From: Eledone cirrhosa
Lineage: Eukaryota
Assembly (NCBI GenBank): GCA_964016885.1
Contig: OZ024741.1
Location: 40,796,001 to 40,860,000 of the forward strand
Direction: 5' to 3'
DNA: 64,000 nt
Both the position numbers and the translations under genes were made by a program. Below the pieces are notes generated by a model. It searched no databases. It saw nothing but the letters and a program-made list of their open reading frames with translations, and had not been told where the DNA came from. Positions 1 to 64,000 of this stretch are shown here, one piece after another. How positions within the stretch are numbered: position 1 is the stretch's first letter; every line of letters starts with the position of its first letter.

Positions 1-51
1 CATTATTATAATTATTATTTGAAAATTTTTTTTTTTTTCCTTGATTCTCCG

Positions 52-886
<835 letters not shown>

Positions 887-2290
887 GCTGTAACCTATCC
901 ATTGTATTTACATCCAAACAAGGATGATTTTGTAAAGTAATTTACAAATCCATTATACATACCAAAACACACGCAATTCTCTCTCACCTAACCTTACCTG
1001 ACGTGGTATAATAACAAATGTATGTGGCAAGGACCTCTAATGTTCAGTCTAGGCTATACTAAACAAATGGTTATGCAAGAGACTCTCATGTTTTAACAAG
1101 ACATTTCTTCTTTGTCCCCTTATTTCTAAATTTTGCTTACAAACTACTCACATACTGATGTCTCCATCACCAAATCTGCCCTCTGTAATTCTTCCTTTTA
1201 CTATAGTGGTCCTTATCTCCAGTAAACATTATATCTATAAATATGCCCCCTTTCATGTTACTCCTTTCTATTATTTGAATACCCTGTCCTTTCTTTAAGT
1301 TTAGCCTTTAGGTTATGTTCACCATAGTTTTTATCATTCTGCCACCTTTCCATGTAACTTTTTTCTTTAATTGGGGTACCTTGGCCTTAATCTAAGTTCC
1401 ACATTAGCCCTTCTCTTACATGTACTTTGACCCATTTTTAAGTTCAGCTGTTGATTTCTGTGATTTTAAGCCCTCTTTCACATTGATCCTTCTTTAAAAT
1501 CATCTTTTGTTGCTAAGTTCTGTTCCCTGTGGTTTTATCCTCCATCCCTCTTTCTATTTACTGGTGTATCTAATCTGCAATAAACTTATCCCTATTTCAG
1601 TTCTGTTCACACCCTCTCAGTTGCTTATTAACCATTTTCCTATCCTTGCCCCCTGCTCTCTATAATGTTTCTTTTTAACCATACCTCTCACTATATGTAT
1701 CTGGTTTAGAATAGGTACACTGTATCCCTGCATGTCGTAAAAGGTGACTAAAAGAGTTAACACTAGGAAGGGTATCCAGCCATAAAACATTGCTTCAGAA
1801 AGGACCCTAATATAAGTATGAAGCCTAATTTAGCAGAGCCAAAAAAAAAACACACTTAACTCCCCCAATCATCATAAAAACTCTTTCCTTATCACTGCTA
1901 ACAAACTCTTCTAGTTATCAGAAGGCCCTAGATCTGTGCTCCTAAAAATGTATTTCATTTATTTACAGACCCTACCTATGTAATCCTATGTCTGTCTAAG
2001 AGGGTTACCAGTTACTTGAAGGCTTACCCTCTGTGTTCCCAAGCCAGCCTAAGAGGGCTACCAGCCTGGGAATACTTTCATCCAAAACCAAAAGCAACTA
2101 CAAAAATGATATGGGCACTATTCTTTCTCTTTAGACTAATAAAAGACACACACACACACTCTTAATTACATACCTTCTATGCTAATAAAACTTCTCATAC
2201 ATTTGTAAATAATCTTCATCACTAAGAAATATATACATATGAATAAATCAACTTATACACACATATATACATATAGACATGTGTGTGTAA

Positions 2291-2304
2291 ATATATATAT
2301 ATAC

Positions 2305-2373
<69 letters not shown>

Positions 2374-2525
2374 CATTATATATATATATACATACATATA
2401 TATATATATATATACATACATTATATATATATATACATACATTATATATATATATACATACATTATATATATATATACATACATTATATATATATATACA
2501 TACATATATATATATATATACATAC

Positions 2526-2559
<34 letters not shown>

Positions 2560-2658
2560 ATATACATATACATATATATATATATACATATACATATATA
2601 TATATATACATATATATACATATACAGACATGTACATACATATCTATATATACATATA

Positions 2659-2694
<36 letters not shown>

Positions 2695-2714
2695 TATATA
2701 TATATATATATATA

Positions 2715-2755
<41 letters not shown>

Positions 2756-2775
2756 TATACTATACTATACATATA
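2291..2775. repeat. Compound (TA)n microsatellite with 21-bp higher-order units
   Basis: ACATACATTATATATATATAT repeated. Confidence 0.95.
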
Positions 2776-3568
2776 TATGTAGTAAAATATATATACTCAC
2801 TCTGTCTTTCATTCCGAAGTGAATCTCTAATATTTTTTTCATTTTGACCCCCCCCCCCCCACCAAAAAAAAAACCTTTCTTGTTCAGTCATATATAATTC
2901 CAGCCCCTTCTCACATTCTTCTTCCATCATCTAAATATCTAAATCTTTTTTTTTACAATTTAAAAAAATTTTTTTTTATTTATATATTTATTATTTTTTT
3001 TGTAAATGATTTTTAAAACAATTGTGTAATTTTTCCTTTTGTTTGTTTCTTTTTTATTTTGTTTCTTTTTTTCTGTATTTTTAGATTTATTTAAATTTAT
3101 TTTATTTTTTTTTAATTTTAGTTTTGGGAAATATTTTTTTAATATTTTTTTTCGGAAAGTTATTTTTTTGAAATTATTTGGGGATGTATATACCAAAAAA
3201 TGTTTTATTCCAGGAAAAATAATCAGAAAATATGTCTTCGATGTAGCAAATCACTGTATTGTTATTATATAGCTTTACAATGTGTGGTGTGTGTGTATGT
3301 AAAAATACCAGATGCTGATAGTGCTGTTATTTATGTTGGTCTCATTAAAAGAAAGTACCAGAGAATAAAAAATGAAAAAAATAATAACAAATATAACAGA
3401 AGACAAAAAAGGCAATAGAAAAAAAAAGAAACAAAAAAAACACTTAAAATTAACTACAAAAAAAAAAAAACTGAAAATATATTTAAAATACAAAAACAAC
3501 CAAGTATAAAATTGAAATTAAAACAAAAAACAAAAAAGCAGGGGAAGAGGGAAAAGTTATAAAAAATT

Positions 3569-3812
3569 GTAACCCTTTTTGATACCAAACTGCCTCTGGT
3601 TTTAGGATAAAAAATAAAACTATTTGCTTTAAACTGTTTATATTTATCTAAAAACACTTCCATCATGTAGGAACCATCATGTTCCAAACACCAACTTAAT
3701 AATGAGCAAGTTAGTACATTACTAAATCCCTCCAAATTCTTGAGTAATTTCAAAATTATTTGAAATTCAAAGGCAGTGTCTTTCATTAGAAATATGGTAA
3801 CAAAAGGGTTAA
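3569..3812. mobile_element. piggyBac-type MITE family 2 (related pieces at 8027-8790, 19420-19594, 63002-63140)
   Basis: TAACCCTTTTTGATACCA / TGGTAACAAAAGGGTTAA termini. Confidence 0.65.
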
Positions 3813-3914
3813 ATATGAATAAAATCAAAGAAAGTTTTTTTTTTCTGGAAGAATTCAACCAAAAGTTAAAAATATAATATGAAATATAGTTGAAATATTT
3901 AGAGAAAATAACCA

Positions 3915-4140
3915 AAGTAATGGTTTCTAATTTAGGCACAAGGCCAGCAATTTAAAGGGAGGGAGAAAGTCAATTGTATTGACCCCAGTAACTGACTGGT
4001 ACTTTATTTTATCAACCCCTGAAAGGATGAAAGGCAAAGTTGACCATGGCAGTATTTGAACTCAGAATGTAAAGGACCAAAACAAATACCCTAAGCATTT
4101 CATCCGATGCTCTAATGAATCTGACAGTCCACTGCCCTAA
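3915..4140 (-). mobile_element. Second SINE family copy just downstream of the host stop codon
   Basis: GGCACAAGGCCAGCAA..CTGGTACTTTATTTTATC..GGATGAAAGGCAAAGTTGAC. Confidence 0.72.
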
Positions 4141-4305
4141 AATAATCAAATTAAAGTTAAAAAAATAATTGAATTAAAACAAATAAAAGTCATTAAGAAA
4201 AAAAAAATATATATACTAAAAACAATAATGGTGGAAGAAATGAGAAGAGAGAAAGATGAATGGTCTGTTGAACGTCAACGATGAGGAATGACGTGAACAA
4301 GGAGG

Positions 4306-62976
<58,671 letters not shown>

Positions 62977-63152
62977 CTAGAGATAAAGTTAAAACAAAAT
63001 ATTAACCCTTTTTTAAAATCATATTTCTAATGTAATACACTGCAAACAGTTTCCATTTATGTTTGAAAAGAATAAAAATATTTTGAGGAATTTAGTAAAA
63101 TAATTTTTTTATCATTAAGCTGTAATGTTTGGAACATTACATAACAACAAAT

Positions 63153-63510
63153 TTCTTCTTCTTCGCCCACTTATTCCTGAGAGTCGAGGGAGCAGAGTCC
63201 TGAAGCACTCATTCCAGTGGGTTCTGTCAGAAGCAACCATCTCCAACTGATCCAGCCAGATCCCCAAGCGAGACCTACCAAGCTCATGGATGTTATCCAA
63301 CCATCCAACCATTTTGCTCGAGGTATACCCCTTGGTCTCCTACCATTTTGTTTTGCCCATAAAATCTGTTCAGTGACTCTTTCCTGAGACATTCTAACTA
63401 CATACCCATAGTATCGGAGCTGTGACCTCTTAATTCAGAGAAGTAGTGGCTCTACCTGGAGTGACTCTCTGATCTCCTAGCTATGCACTCTATCGAGTAA
63501 CGTTACTCCA
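63153..63510 (-). mobile_element. RTE-like LINE 3' end of another family, (GAA)n tail
   Basis: LRYYGYVVRMSQERVTEQILW..GRRPRGIPRAKWLD. Confidence 0.7.
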
Positions 63511-64000
63511 AACCTTTGGAGGAACCCCATATAAATTTATATTAGAATATTTTAATATAAATATAAACACTTTAAAATGGTCAATTTTGTATTGTCTAAC
63601 CTTGGGTAGTTTCTGGCTGGCAAGAGGCAGATGTGCGAAATATATCAAATTTAATAATATCCAATGAAACATTGTCAGAGACCCATCTCTCTGTCTTTCT
63701 GATACTTAACACATATAGGCATACATATATTCACACAATAACATAGGGAACTTTAAAGTTGATCACAAAATCTTTAATTTACTTGCTTAATTAAAAAAAA
63801 AAATGCAAACAAGAAGAGCTTGCAATATATTATAATTTTGGGTGTATTCTTGAAAATAGATCTCCTTTGAAGAAGATAAAAATATCTTGTTGAATTCACC
63901 AGATTCATTTCACATGCTCAGTTCATACATACACACAGATATATAAATATATATAAGCAATATACATAACTGAGAGATGGGACTTTTAGCACTAAAACTA

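Noticed and set aside
2960-3499. Lys/Phe-rich ORFs
   Set aside because: Low-complexity A/T tracts downstream of the host stop codon; no coding signal.

Overview
Eukaryotic, very AT-rich genomic DNA dense in microsatellites and retroelements; the repeat families point to a cephalopod, probably Octopus (inference). One host gene spans the window on the minus strand: 11 phase-compatible GT-AG coding exons (62976 down to the stop at 4306, about 445 codons; the 5' part lies beyond the window). It encodes a peptidase M28B protein of the glutamate carboxypeptidase II / NAALADase / transferrin-receptor family. It has lost the catalytic Glu and both ligands specific to one zinc site but keeps the other site, so it is a probable pseudo-peptidase (NAALADL2/TfR-like). 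The introns contain RTE LINEs (three subfamilies, with a PHD-like finger inside the RT region), a CR1 LINE, two tRNA-derived SINE families, piggyBac- and mariner-type MITEs, a Helitron helicase remnant, a solitary 5S rRNA copy and Penelope-like elements (PLEs). The most striking signal is a set of at least nine type I hammerhead ribozyme motifs, several with non-canonical cores (U3-A8 covariation, C.A at the base of stem II, ~100-nt stem II inserts), mostly inside fold-back repeats. One near full-length PLE begins exactly at the cleavage site of its own hammerhead and ends ~100 nt into the next unit, as expected if it was copied from a ribozyme-processed circular or tandem RNA. Reference residues of human proteins are quoted from memory and no database searches were run.
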